NCBI RefSeq assembly: GCF_000315625.1
Contig: NW_005434616.1
Location: 288,500 to 352,499, forward strand
Direction: 5' to 3'
Origin: Guillardia theta CCMP2712
Lineage: Eukaryota > Protista > Cryptophyta
DNA: 64,000 nucleotides
This document shows positions 1-9,932 of the stretch, in pieces. The notes beneath the pieces were generated by a model. The model ran no database searches. It was given only the letters and a program-made list of their open reading frames with translations, and was not told where the DNA came from. Made by a program: the position numbers and the translations under genes. Numbering within the stretch: the first letter of the stretch is position 1; each line of letters starts with the position of its first letter.

Positions 1-1193
1 TGGCTGCCATAGTTGAGGCGTCCTTCGATGTCCACGGCCTCTTGAAGCTCAACATCGGGAGTGAAGGCGGACGAGATCACTTCTGCATAACACGGACTTT
101 CTCCTCCTCCTTCCCCGCCTCTTCCTCCTGTCGTGCTTGTCAGGATCGTGATCCCCATCAGAGGACTCTTGGTCACCTTGTCCTCGGGCTACTCCCACGC
201 TATCCCATGAAGATCCGCCAGCCTCTTGTGCTTGATCTCCTTCCCTGCTCCCGCTTTCTTGCTCCTCCTTGACCCCCCACCCCCTGCCAGCTTCCAGAGC
301 TCCACCATTTAAGGGAGGAGACGGAGGAGACGACTTGGACCTTCCGTGCTGACCAGCCTCATAGTGCACGTCGGGGGATAGATGAGGAAGGGATGGAGGG
401 AGATAAGGTTCGCGGTGGTGGAGGAGATGGTTGGTAAGAGAGAAATTCACCATCCTTTGAGGCTGGGATGTATCGCCTTCAGGAAGCTGCTGGAAGATTA
501 AGTGAGAGGAGGGGAGAATTAGATACACAGGGGAGGGTTGAAGGGAGCAGGTGAAGGAAGGTGGGGAAGAAGTACGAACAGCAGTGTCAAATGATGGAGC
601 GGCGCGCCAAGGAGTAAGACGAGGGAAGGGGCGAGAGTAGGAGAGACAATGGACGGACACAAGTTTTGTAGGGGTAGAGGAGGGGAGAGTTGACTTACCT
701 CGTATTGAACAGCTCCGCCCACCATTCCAGCAAGATTGTGTTCAGCTGGATTGAAATTTTGCTCTGCTCGTAGCGAAAATCGCATTCTCTCCACCTCCTC
801 CTGCTGCCTCATCCCCAGTGACATGTCGCTATAGGGCGGCATGTACACCTGCTGTCCGTCAGAGGGAGGGAGGGAGGGAAAGGTGGAGAAGAAAAGGAGG
901 AAGAAGCGGAGAGAGGGGAGAAGAAGGGGGAGGAGAAAAAGTAGATGAAAGGGAGAGACGGTCACAGTACCATGCGGTGTTCCTCTGATACTCTCTTGTC
1001 CCACATGTCGTCTTCATATACCGTGGTCAGGAATCTCTCAGGAGACAGTCCGGCCTGCTAGAAGCGAGGAGATCAAGGTGTGAGGGAAGGAGGAGGAGGA
1101 GGAGGAGGAGAAGGGAGATTGGGAAGGAGATGGGGAGACGATGGGGGAGGAGAAGGGAGGAAAGAGAAAGGGGGAAAGGGAGGAGGTAGTAGC

Positions 1194-1229
<36 letters not shown>

Positions 1230-4200
1230 TGTTGTTGTTGTAGTGGTGGTGGTGATGGTGGTGGTGATGGTGATGGTGGTGGTGGTGGTGATGGTGATGG
1301 TGATGGTGGTGGTGATGGTGATGGTGGTGGTGGTGGTGGTGGTGATGGTGGTGATGGTGATGGTGGNNNNNNNNNNNNNNNNNNNNNNNNNNNNNNNNNN
1401 NNNNNNNNNNNNNNNNNNNNNNNNNNNNNNNNNNNNNNNNNNNNNNNNNNNNNNNNNNNNNNNNNNGGAGGGAGTGAGGGAGGAGGGAGGAAGAAACAGG
1501 AGAGCGAGGAGGAGGAAACAGAAAAGGGGGAGGAGGAGAAAGTAGGTAGGAGGAGGAGATTACGAACTTGATATTGTCGTGGAACGCAATGTCCATGCCC
1601 ACCATCTCGAGGTCAATTTCGATCTGAGATATTCAAAAGTTGAGGACGAGAATGTTAGAAGGAGCCGCAAAAGAGAAAGAAAATTTTAAAAATTAGCAAG
1701 AGAGCCCTGCCAAACTCGTTTGCCCCTTCCTCTCTCTCCCCCAGTCCCCCCTACGCTCTCTTCCTTCCTCCCCCCACTCTCCTCCCCTCGCTCCCTCGCT
1801 CCCTCGCTTCTTTTCCTCTGCCTTCACTCACTCGCAGATTCTCGAAATGCTTGAGGCAGGCGAGGAGCACATACCCGAGGATGGAAACCCAAAGCTGAGG
1901 AGAGGTGAAAGCTGAGAAGTCGGGGAGAAAGACAGCTGGGGGTGGGAGAGGATGGGGGGCAGAGGGACAAGAAAGGAGCAAGAGGACGATAATGACGAGG
2001 AGCAGAATCAAGCATGAATGTAAAGCGGTGAGAGGAAGGCAGAAGAGAAGGAGAAGATTAAACGAGCGGTACCAGGGGAAGCAGCAGAGCCAAGGTCTGA
2101 GCTGCCAGCAAGCTGCCGCCGTTGCCTAGCAGAACTCCTCCTCCCGAGAACTCGTTGACGGATCTTCGAGAGGCAGAAAGTTAGAAGGAACTGCAGGAGC
2201 AGAGGAGCTTTTCTCCCGGCCATGCTTGCCTTCTCTCTCACCCAGAGGGAGGAGCAGAGGGGAGCGTAGAGGCAGAAATTCAACACAGGAAAAGGAGGTA
2301 TCATAGCAGGCGGCGATGAAAGGAGGAGAAGGAGGAGGAGGAGGAGGAGGAGGAGAGAACTAGCATTCTCCTGTCCCAGTTAAGTGATACCTCAAATCTC
2401 GGACGTAGTGTTCGGAAGAGAACAGACCGGGGACGAGGGTCCCCCACATACCTGAAGGGATGTAAGGAGATCGAGAAGGAGGGAGTGAAGGCAGTGAGGG
2501 GAAGCAGGAGGTAGTGAGGAGGAGGAGGCGGAGGATATGGAGGATTTGGAGGTGGAAGAGGAAGATGGGGACGACGGAAACGAGGAAAGGAAGGAAGAGA
2601 AGGAGGAGAAATGAACTATCAACGGTGGAAGGGCAGGTGGAGGAGATCAGAACCCGAGAGGCCATGCACGGAGCTGACGTCAAGAGCGTCATCGATGTGA
2701 AGGCGGAGGAGTAGACGCGAGCCGGCGAAGCAGAGGCCAGCTCCAATCACACCCACAACTGACGAGGCAGATATGAGAAGCTCTACCACTCACCCTGCCT
2801 TCCTCCCCCTCCTCCACCCTCCTCCGCCCTGCTCCCCCTGCTCCTCCCTCTCCTCCTCCTCCCTGCTCCTCCTTCTCGTTGTTCCCCCCTCTCTCCAGTG
2901 TCTGCCTCCACTCTCCCGTCATCCTCTCATCCACACAAACCGCATCCTCCTCCCTCTCCCTCCCTTATCACCGATGGCGAAGTAGGGCTCAATAATGGGA
3001 GCTGATGCAGAGATCGAAACAAGGCCTGGGACAAGCTCAGCAGGAGCACAGCTGGAGGGGAGTGTCAACCCGCAAACGCGCACTTCAGGACTGTTCCGAC
3101 GGAGTGGCAGCTGAGAGCAGGGAGTGACTTGTCAATGTCAAAGTTTTCAAATTTGTCACCGGAGGTAGTAGACGCTCAGGAAGATCCCCACGAGGGTTCC
3201 TGATGCTGAGGCTCAGCTTGCGAGAGCGGGGGAGGAGGGGGGTTCGGGAAGGATGAGGGAAGGAGGAGTCACGAGAGAGGAGAATGGAAGGCAGTCGAGG
3301 AGGAGGTGAGAGCAGGCGGGAGAGAGGGGGAGGAGGTTGGATTAGAAGAGAACAAGGAGGAGGGAGCAGAGGAGCGTGATGTGTCTGTTCACCAGAGGAT
3401 AGAGCGATCAAGGAGGATTCAAAGGCTCTGGCGCATCATCGTTAACAGGGAAGCAAGGATCGACCAGAGGAGTCTCCTCCTCCACTCCTTCCTCTCTCGC
3501 TCTTCCCCACCTTCCTGACGACGTGCTGGAGTTGGAGTAGGCACCTAGCCACGAACCACGTCACTCCTGAAGGTGGTGTGGGAGGCTGCAAGAGCTAGGG
3601 AGGGCAGAGGGGCGGAGGGTGTGAAGACCTCTGTCCCTGCTACCCACCTGACAGAAATCCGAGCCAACTCAGGATGGCCAACGACAACCCCGAGTAGACG
3701 AGCGACGGGTTGTTGCTGGGAGGAGCAGCATCGTCGTCAGCAACGAGGTCCACCGTGTCCTCTCACAGCAAGACATCATCGTCGTCGTCATCCTGCACAG
3801 GATATTCTCCAACTCATCCCACTCCCTCACATGCTCAGGAACTTGGGAGAGCAGGTCCCGTCCGGAGTGAACCTCCCCATCCTCGGCCCGATCATGATCG
3901 CACCGATCACACCCATCACTCCTGCAAGGAACACAAGCCGACAGGTCAGGACGGAAGGGAACTTCGTATGGGAGCCAACCAGCGATCAGGTGAACTTGTG
4001 AGGCCCCTCCAGAGTCGATGCACCCGATCCCTTCCGTTGCTCTGCCGTCCTGCAGGTGCAACATGGGATGCATGAGCTGGACAGCAGGACAGCGCACACG
4101 TCTCCTCCTCCTCCTTCCTCCTCCTCACCTGCAAAAATCCCCCCGAAGATTTCATCCAGTGGCTCGGGAGGGGGTACACGAGGACGGAAATGAGGAGGAC

Positions 4201-4900
4201 GACGCAGGCGTAGCTGGAAGGAGCAGCAAGGGAAAGTCAGTGCATCTACCTCACATCTTGTCCTTGTAGTAAGGACCGTGGTAACTTACGCGGCTATCTG
4301 AAACCTTTCCGTCACGCTTCCGTTGAAAATGGTGACGGCAATCTGACATTTCAGGCCCTCCACAACAATCTGCCACCAGCTACTGCGAGTCAGCAAGCAG
4401 CAGCAACGCAAGTCAATGTGTCACAATTCGTTCTTGGCCGTCACCGCAAAGTCCGAGTTCCCGACAAATGAGTTTCCAGAACCAAAAGCGAAGCCCTGGA
4501 TCAAACAGACGCGATGAGAGGGAGGGAGGGACGGGAGAAGTGGGGGGAGGCGACAAGGGAAGGGGAGGAGGGAGGAGGGAGTTCTCACGTATCCGATGAG
4601 GTACCACATGATGATGACACAAGCGCTGCATATCAGACTGCGAAGAAAGACCTGTCGGGGCGATGTCAACAACAAATTTCATGCAGACGACCAGAAATGT
4701 CGAATGCACTCACGCTCTGTATGTTCCGATGGGAGACAGTCCCAGCCTCATACAGTGTCAGCCCGAGGTGCACGCCTGCAGTGAGTCACGTTGGTATGTC
4801 ACTGGCGACGCGTATTCTACCACAGAGGAGCACTGCATCGATGAGCATTGCGCTGGACATGTCGGCTTGCCCTGCTTCAGTCAGCCATGCGTTCGATCTG
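1..4900 (-). CDS. Divergent ammonium transporter (Amt/Mep) family protein; multi-exon, with a long C-terminal tail that appears to run off the left edge; true start uncertain (ATG 4860 or an upstream exon up to ~5281)
   Basis: Spliced minus-strand exons give, in canonical Amt order: LTLYEAGTVSHRNIQS, WYLIGYGFAFGSGNSFVG, VTIFNGSVTER, VYPLPSHWMKSSGG, IDSGGASQVHLIAG, GAIMIGPRMGRF, SWLGFLSG, GLVSISASAPIIEPY, HIDDALDVSSVHGLSG-MWGTLVPGLF, GNGGSLLAAQ, LR...EMVGMDIAFH. Confidence 0.9.
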
Positions 4901-5482
4901 CGGAAGAATCATCCTGGCCAGGAAAAGCCTGCATCGGGTATCGTTAGGCAAAGCAGACGCGGAGGGCTCTGTCTTTGTATCTCAAAACTTCGAATCGTGT
5001 CATGTCAGTTTCACACTACGTCTGCCTCCTCCTCCTCCTCCTCCTCCTCCTCCTCCTCCTCCTCCTCCTCCTCCTCCTCCTCCTCCTCCTCCTCCTCCTC
5101 CTCCTCCTCCTCTGCATCTTCCTTTTCCGCTTCCTCTGCATCTTCCGCTTCCGCTTCCGCTTCCACTTCCGCTTCCTGAGTCTTCCCCTCCCCCTTCCCC
5201 TTCCCCTTCCTCTTCCTCTTCCTCTTCCTGTCCGCTCGCTTTCCATCCCACTCTTGCTATGAGTGTAACTTGATCAACCATCCCAGTCTCTTCTCTTCTC
5301 CCTCCCTCCCTCCCTCCCTCCTCTCTGCAGCCTTCCGACCGATCCCCTCCTGCTGTTCATAAAATCGACAACAGCAAATTAGTGAAATATTAGTGTTAAT
5401 TTATAGAAATAATATTAATAACAAATAACTTTCATTTGCAAATTTTGCTGAGAAATAGAATTAAATGTTATGATCAGTATTA

Positions 5483-5775
<293 letters not shown>

Positions 5776-5787
5776 CTACAAAAGAAG

Positions 5788-7491
5788 ATGATCGATGCAG
5801 ACGATTACAACCCTGAGGAGGAGGCGGTCAAGGTCGAGTACGATGTTGAGGCCTGTGAATGGAAGAGGACGACGAGGAAGATCATGATAGGCAAGGACTT
5901 CTTCGATTCTGGAGAGAAATTTGGTTGTGTCTTTGTCAGGGATGTGCTAGAGGGACAGGTTCATGTTATCAAGAGGCTGCTTCATGCCGAAGAACCGCCA
6001 GAGGCAGTTTATGAGACTGTCCGGACCGAGGCTATCGCCTGCTCCATGGCAGATTGCTACAACACCTACGACCCCCCCAAGAAGGTTACCTTCGTTCCAA
6101 CCTTCATTTACCTCCTAGTCGGGCGGGCGGGCCAGCCTGCAGTGCGGGTAGAGCCGTACATCCACAACTTCCGCAAGGAGCCGGTGAGGACATTGACGTT
6201 GGAGCACAGACTTGATCTGGACACCCTGGAGGCCTTCGAGCTATTCACCTACGAGCGCTCGCAAGCCTCCTTCGTGCTGGTCGACCCTTTCTACATCTCC
6301 GACCTCTGGTACAGGCCGACGTGCCACTCGGTGGACGGGGAGGCGTCGGACGGGATGGACCTTGGCCTCAAGGGGATACAGCTGTTCCTCGTGAAGCACC
6401 GGTACAACCCTGTGTGCCAGAAACTGGGCCTGAGGAACCCCTCCTGCCTGCTCGGGCTGCGCAGCGAGGACAGGACCCTCGAGCTTCCTGCAGTCCCTTC
6501 CGCGTCTTCGCTTCCTCCTAGCAAGACTCCCGGTGCTAGCGTGGGAGGTCGTACGAGCTCCTTGCCGCGGTCGATCCCTCGATCAGGCACAAAGACCAAG
6601 AGCAGGAAGCTGGAGGAGAGGGGAAGGAGGAGCAAGAGCAGGGCGTCGTCCTCCTCCTCCAACCGCAACGGGATGGCGGGGATGCAGCTCGAGATCGCCA
6701 ACAGGCAGGTGACTGTGCTGCGAGTCTGCAAGGACGGGCCGGCTGACCAGGCGGGACTGAGGCGGGGCCACGTCATCCGAACGATCGGCGGGGTGGCGGT
6801 GAAGGGGATGGACATGGCGGCAGTCCAGCGGCTGCTGGAGGGGAAGCACGGAGCTGTGAAGAGGATAGTGGCCGCAAACTCCGTGGTGGAGCAAGACCTG
6901 GTGTTCGACATGACTCTCGCAGCTGGGATCGTGGTGAACGATCGATTCCTGTTTGCTGACACGGAGGAGGTGTGGGACGAGGACTTTCCGTCACAGCCGC
7001 AGCAGCGACACGATAGCAAGAGCTCTTCGCAGGGGGGCGGCAGGGAGACGGGCCCGTCCGAGTCGCAGACTTATGTGCAGGGTGTGGGGGGTATCGCGCT
7101 CGCTGCTGATTCGACGGGCATAGACGATGACTGGGAAACAGTGGATGTGGAGGCTGAAGCGGAGGAGGCTGATGAGGAGGAGGCAACTGGAGGGGTAGCT
7201 GAGTTTGAGGAGGAGGAGGAGCTCGGCGATGAGGAGAAAGAGGAGCAGGAGCAGGAGCTCAACAAGGAGGTACTGGTGGTGGGTCGCGATGTTCCCATCC
7301 TGCTTGGCATGAGGGTACGGATGCTGCCGGAGTACATGCAGCATGGCACTGGCTCAGTACAGTCGGCGAACTTCCTGAGGAAGTACGTGGCGGTCAAGTG
7401 GGACGACGGATGGGAGGATTCCTGCCTGTACGTGGGGGGAGGGGGAGAGTACTACCTGCGTCAGTGGAGGGAGGGGAAGGGACGAGATTGA
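5788..7491 (+). CDS. Intronless 567-aa protein: alpha-kinase (eEF2K/MHCK)-like domain + PDZ + acidic linker + MIB/HERC2-like C-terminal domain
   Basis: VEPYI, EAFELFTYERS, VLVD, DLGLKGIQLFLVKHRYNPVCQKLGL match the alpha-kinase pattern. GMQLEIANRQVTVLRVCKDGPADQAGLRRGHVIRTIGG is PDZ-like. GMRVR..GTG..VAVKWDDG..YVGGGGEYYL is MIB/HERC2-like. Confidence 0.85.
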   Translation: MIDADDYNPEEEAVKVEYDVEACEWKRTTRKIMIGKDFFDSGEKFGCVFVRDVLEGQVHVIKRLLHAEEPPEAVYETVRTEAIACSMADCYNTYDPPKKVTFVPTFIYLLVGRAGQPAVRVEPYIHNFRKEPVRTLTLEHRLDLDTLEAFELFTYERSQASFVLVDPFYISDLWYRPTCHSVDGEASDGMDLGLKGIQLFLVKHRYNPVCQKLGLRNPSCLLGLRSEDRTLELPAVPSASSLPPSKTPGASVGGRTSSLPRSIPRSGTKTKSRKLEERGRRSKSRASSSSSNRNGMAGMQLEIANRQVTVLRVCKDGPADQAGLRRGHVIRTIGGVAVKGMDMAAVQRLLEGKHGAVKRIVAANSVVEQDLVFDMTLAAGIVVNDRFLFADTEEVWDEDFPSQPQQRHDSKSSSQGGGRETGPSESQTYVQGVGGIALAADSTGIDDDWETVDVEAEAEEADEEEATGGVAEFEEEEELGDEEKEEQEQELNKEVLVVGRDVPILLGMRVRMLPEYMQHGTGSVQSANFLRKYVAVKWDDGWEDSCLYVGGGGEYYLRQWREGKGRD

Positions 7492-7610
7492 ACTGACGAT
7501 CTCTTATAAACGAGCCATGCTCAGGAAGAGAAGAAGAGAGGAGGAGGAGGAGGAGGAGGAAGTTTTATTTGCTGAGGCAACACAGCTCTGTCCTCTGTTC
7601 TTGACCCTCA

Positions 7611-7867
7611 TCACTCCGCCTTAGCGAACCTCTCGATTGCCTGCAGGGCACGCACGTCATCTCCCACCCGCTCCCAATAGCTGAGCTGAGAAATTTGTTT
7701 CTCACCTTGTCAAACTTCTCGTACTTGGACAGGACGCGGTCGAGCGCTGACTTGCCGTTCTCCTACGAGCCCGCATCATAAGGCGAAGCCTGACAGGAAG
7801 CAAGGGCCAGGAAGCAGGAGGAGGAGAGCAGGAGCAGCAGAAGGGGCAGAGGGAGGAGGAGGAAAGT

Positions 7868-7905
<38 letters not shown>

Positions 7906-9540
7906 TCAAGAAGATGACACTGGGAGAGGAGGGTCACCCTCAGAGTAGACGCGGTCTCGTCTGTTCCCACGTAGCCGGTAGAGTAGAGGTTGTAGTCGAC
8001 CTCGGCGATGAGCTGCAGCAGAGACCAAGGAAGTTCAGGGAGAAGGGAAGACGAGAGGAGCAGGAGGAGCAGGAGGAGCAGGAGGAGCAGGAGGAGCAGG
8101 AGGAGCAGGAGGGGGCGAGAGGGGGAGCAGGAGATGAAGGTGTTATTGACGGAGGGGGGAGAAAAGGTCGATGGGCAAGGTGTGGAGGTTGTGGCTGGTC
8201 TTGATGGACGATGGGAGAGGAGAAAGTCCGAAAGGAGCAAGGAAAAATGAGAGATCGGGAGGAGAGAAGGAGAGGAGGAGAAGGGGAGTGGCGAGAGGAG
8301 GAGAGGAGGAGGAAGAAGAGGAGGGAAGAGGGAGGAGGAGACTCAAGTAGTCACCGAGAGGATGATGTTGAATTCTTCCTCCAACTCATCCAGCTCTTCA
8401 CCGGAGATATCGCTTCTTCTCGCACAGGCCTATCGCTCCTCGTCAGTCCCCTCTCCTCCCGCTCCTCATCATTCCCCTCGCCACCTCCTCTCTCCCTCCC
8501 TCCTGAGCACGGACCTTCATTGCACCTTCGAACGCCTTCCTGATGTTGAACAATGGGCTCTTGTTGCCGACAGTGCCCAGCCTCCTGCACAAGCAGTGAG
8601 AATTTCCATTCCTTCCTTTCCCCTCCCCTTCCATGCCCTCTTCTCTACTTTACTCTCCCCTGCTCCCCTCTCTCTCTCCTTTCCTCTTCTCGCTCCTCAC
8701 CTTCGGATGACATCTCCATCTCCAGCTGCGATGTATCCATCCCACCTTCACAGCCTCATCAGATGCAGGAGCATGCGGGCAAACATCTTTCACTTCTCCT
8801 GGAGCTCCACCAGTGTCTGGTACCCCGCCTGTTCAACACCCTAAGTCACTAGCACCTCCCAACCCAGACATGAAGTCTCAACGTCGATCTGCGAGAGGTA
8901 GGTGGAGACTTTGTTGGGATCTCCCGTCACTTTCACTTGTCCCCCTGCCACCGTCTCGAACGCCTTCTTGAACTCAACGTTCTTGCTCCCCTCGCCTGGT
9001 CCCTCCCACAGTCAAGAGCAGCCGGGCGTTCGAGGGTGAAGTCAGAGGAGCAACTTACATCTCTGTCCTCCACCGATCGCTGCTCGGCATTTCAGCTCCT
9101 CCTTAGTCGCCTGCTCTCATCCTGTCAGAGCTTCTGAGGCTACGAAGAGGATAGGACAACAGCAAAGGACGGTAACGGGAGGGAGGAGACGAGGAGTCCA
9201 GCGCCGGCCTGCACAAAGTTGGAGAGCAGCTCTCTTCCTATCACAGCGACATGTCAGTCAGCTTCTCCTCACAACTAAGAACCCATACTCGACTCAGGGA
9301 CGTCTTGTTTCATCGAGCAGTCAAGGGAGGGTGGAGCGTTTCTCCTCAACCTGCCGCTGAGATTTCACAACCATGACATGTCCAACCGCGACTCCTCGTC
9401 ACTCACTGCAACATGGAGGATGCAACGCTTGTCTTGCCCTTCATGGCAGATGATGGTCCGACCGGACACGTCACGAACGCCATGACTGCGCCGAGCGACG
9501 CCATCGTAACGGCCGACCGCAGCATCCCCGGCGTGAACAT
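7611..9540 (-). CDS. Nucleus-encoded plastid thylakoid-lumen protein (multi-exon), conserved algal hypothetical
   Basis: Signal peptide MLRSAVTMASLGAVMA-F, then a Ser/Lys-rich transit peptide, then a Tat-like R-RELLSNFVQAGAGLLVSSLPLPSFA. Mature exons: WDGYIAAGDGDVIRR-RLGTVGNKSPLFNIRKAFEG, LIAEVDYNLYS, YWERVGDDVRALQAIERFAKAE*. Confidence 0.7.
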
Positions 9541-9559
9541 GGCTGCAGTTCCCTTCTTT

Positions 9560-9790
9560 ATAACTGACCACCCCACCTTCTGATTACAGCACTGAACTTG
9601 AAGGTACCCCCCTGAAAGATGAAATATGGGTACCCACCCCAATTTAAGACTGTAAACAGCTCTATCATGATATACTCGAATAGGGTAGGGTACTGCCTGT
9701 TTGTGTGGATCACCCCCATAACTTTAGTTCCTTCTACCCTGACCCCGTCCATTGCGCCTCCCCGATGGCGACTAGCAGGAGGGACCAGGA
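9560..9790. promoter_or_regulatory. CpG-poor GGGTA/TACCC-run tract in a divergent intergenic region
   Basis: Repeated ggtaccc/gggta/cacccc runs between the divergent starts at 9540 (-) and 9933 (+). Regulatory role is inferred only. Confidence 0.4.
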
Positions 9791-9932
9791 CCAGGGCTAG
9801 AAGAGGAGGAGGAGGAGGAGGAGGAGGAGGAGGAGGAGGAGGAGGAGGAGGAGGAGGAGGAGGAGGAGGAGGAGAACAAGTGGACACCTGGAGACCCACC
9901 CGAGTGATTTGAGCAGGAGGCATAGAGCGAAG

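Noticed and set aside
1027-1605. Poly-His/Val/Gly ORFs here, and similar poly-Arg/Leu/Ala/Ile or SRAEQ ORFs throughout the window
   Set aside because: They are translations of intronic microsatellites and N-gaps, open in several frames at once.
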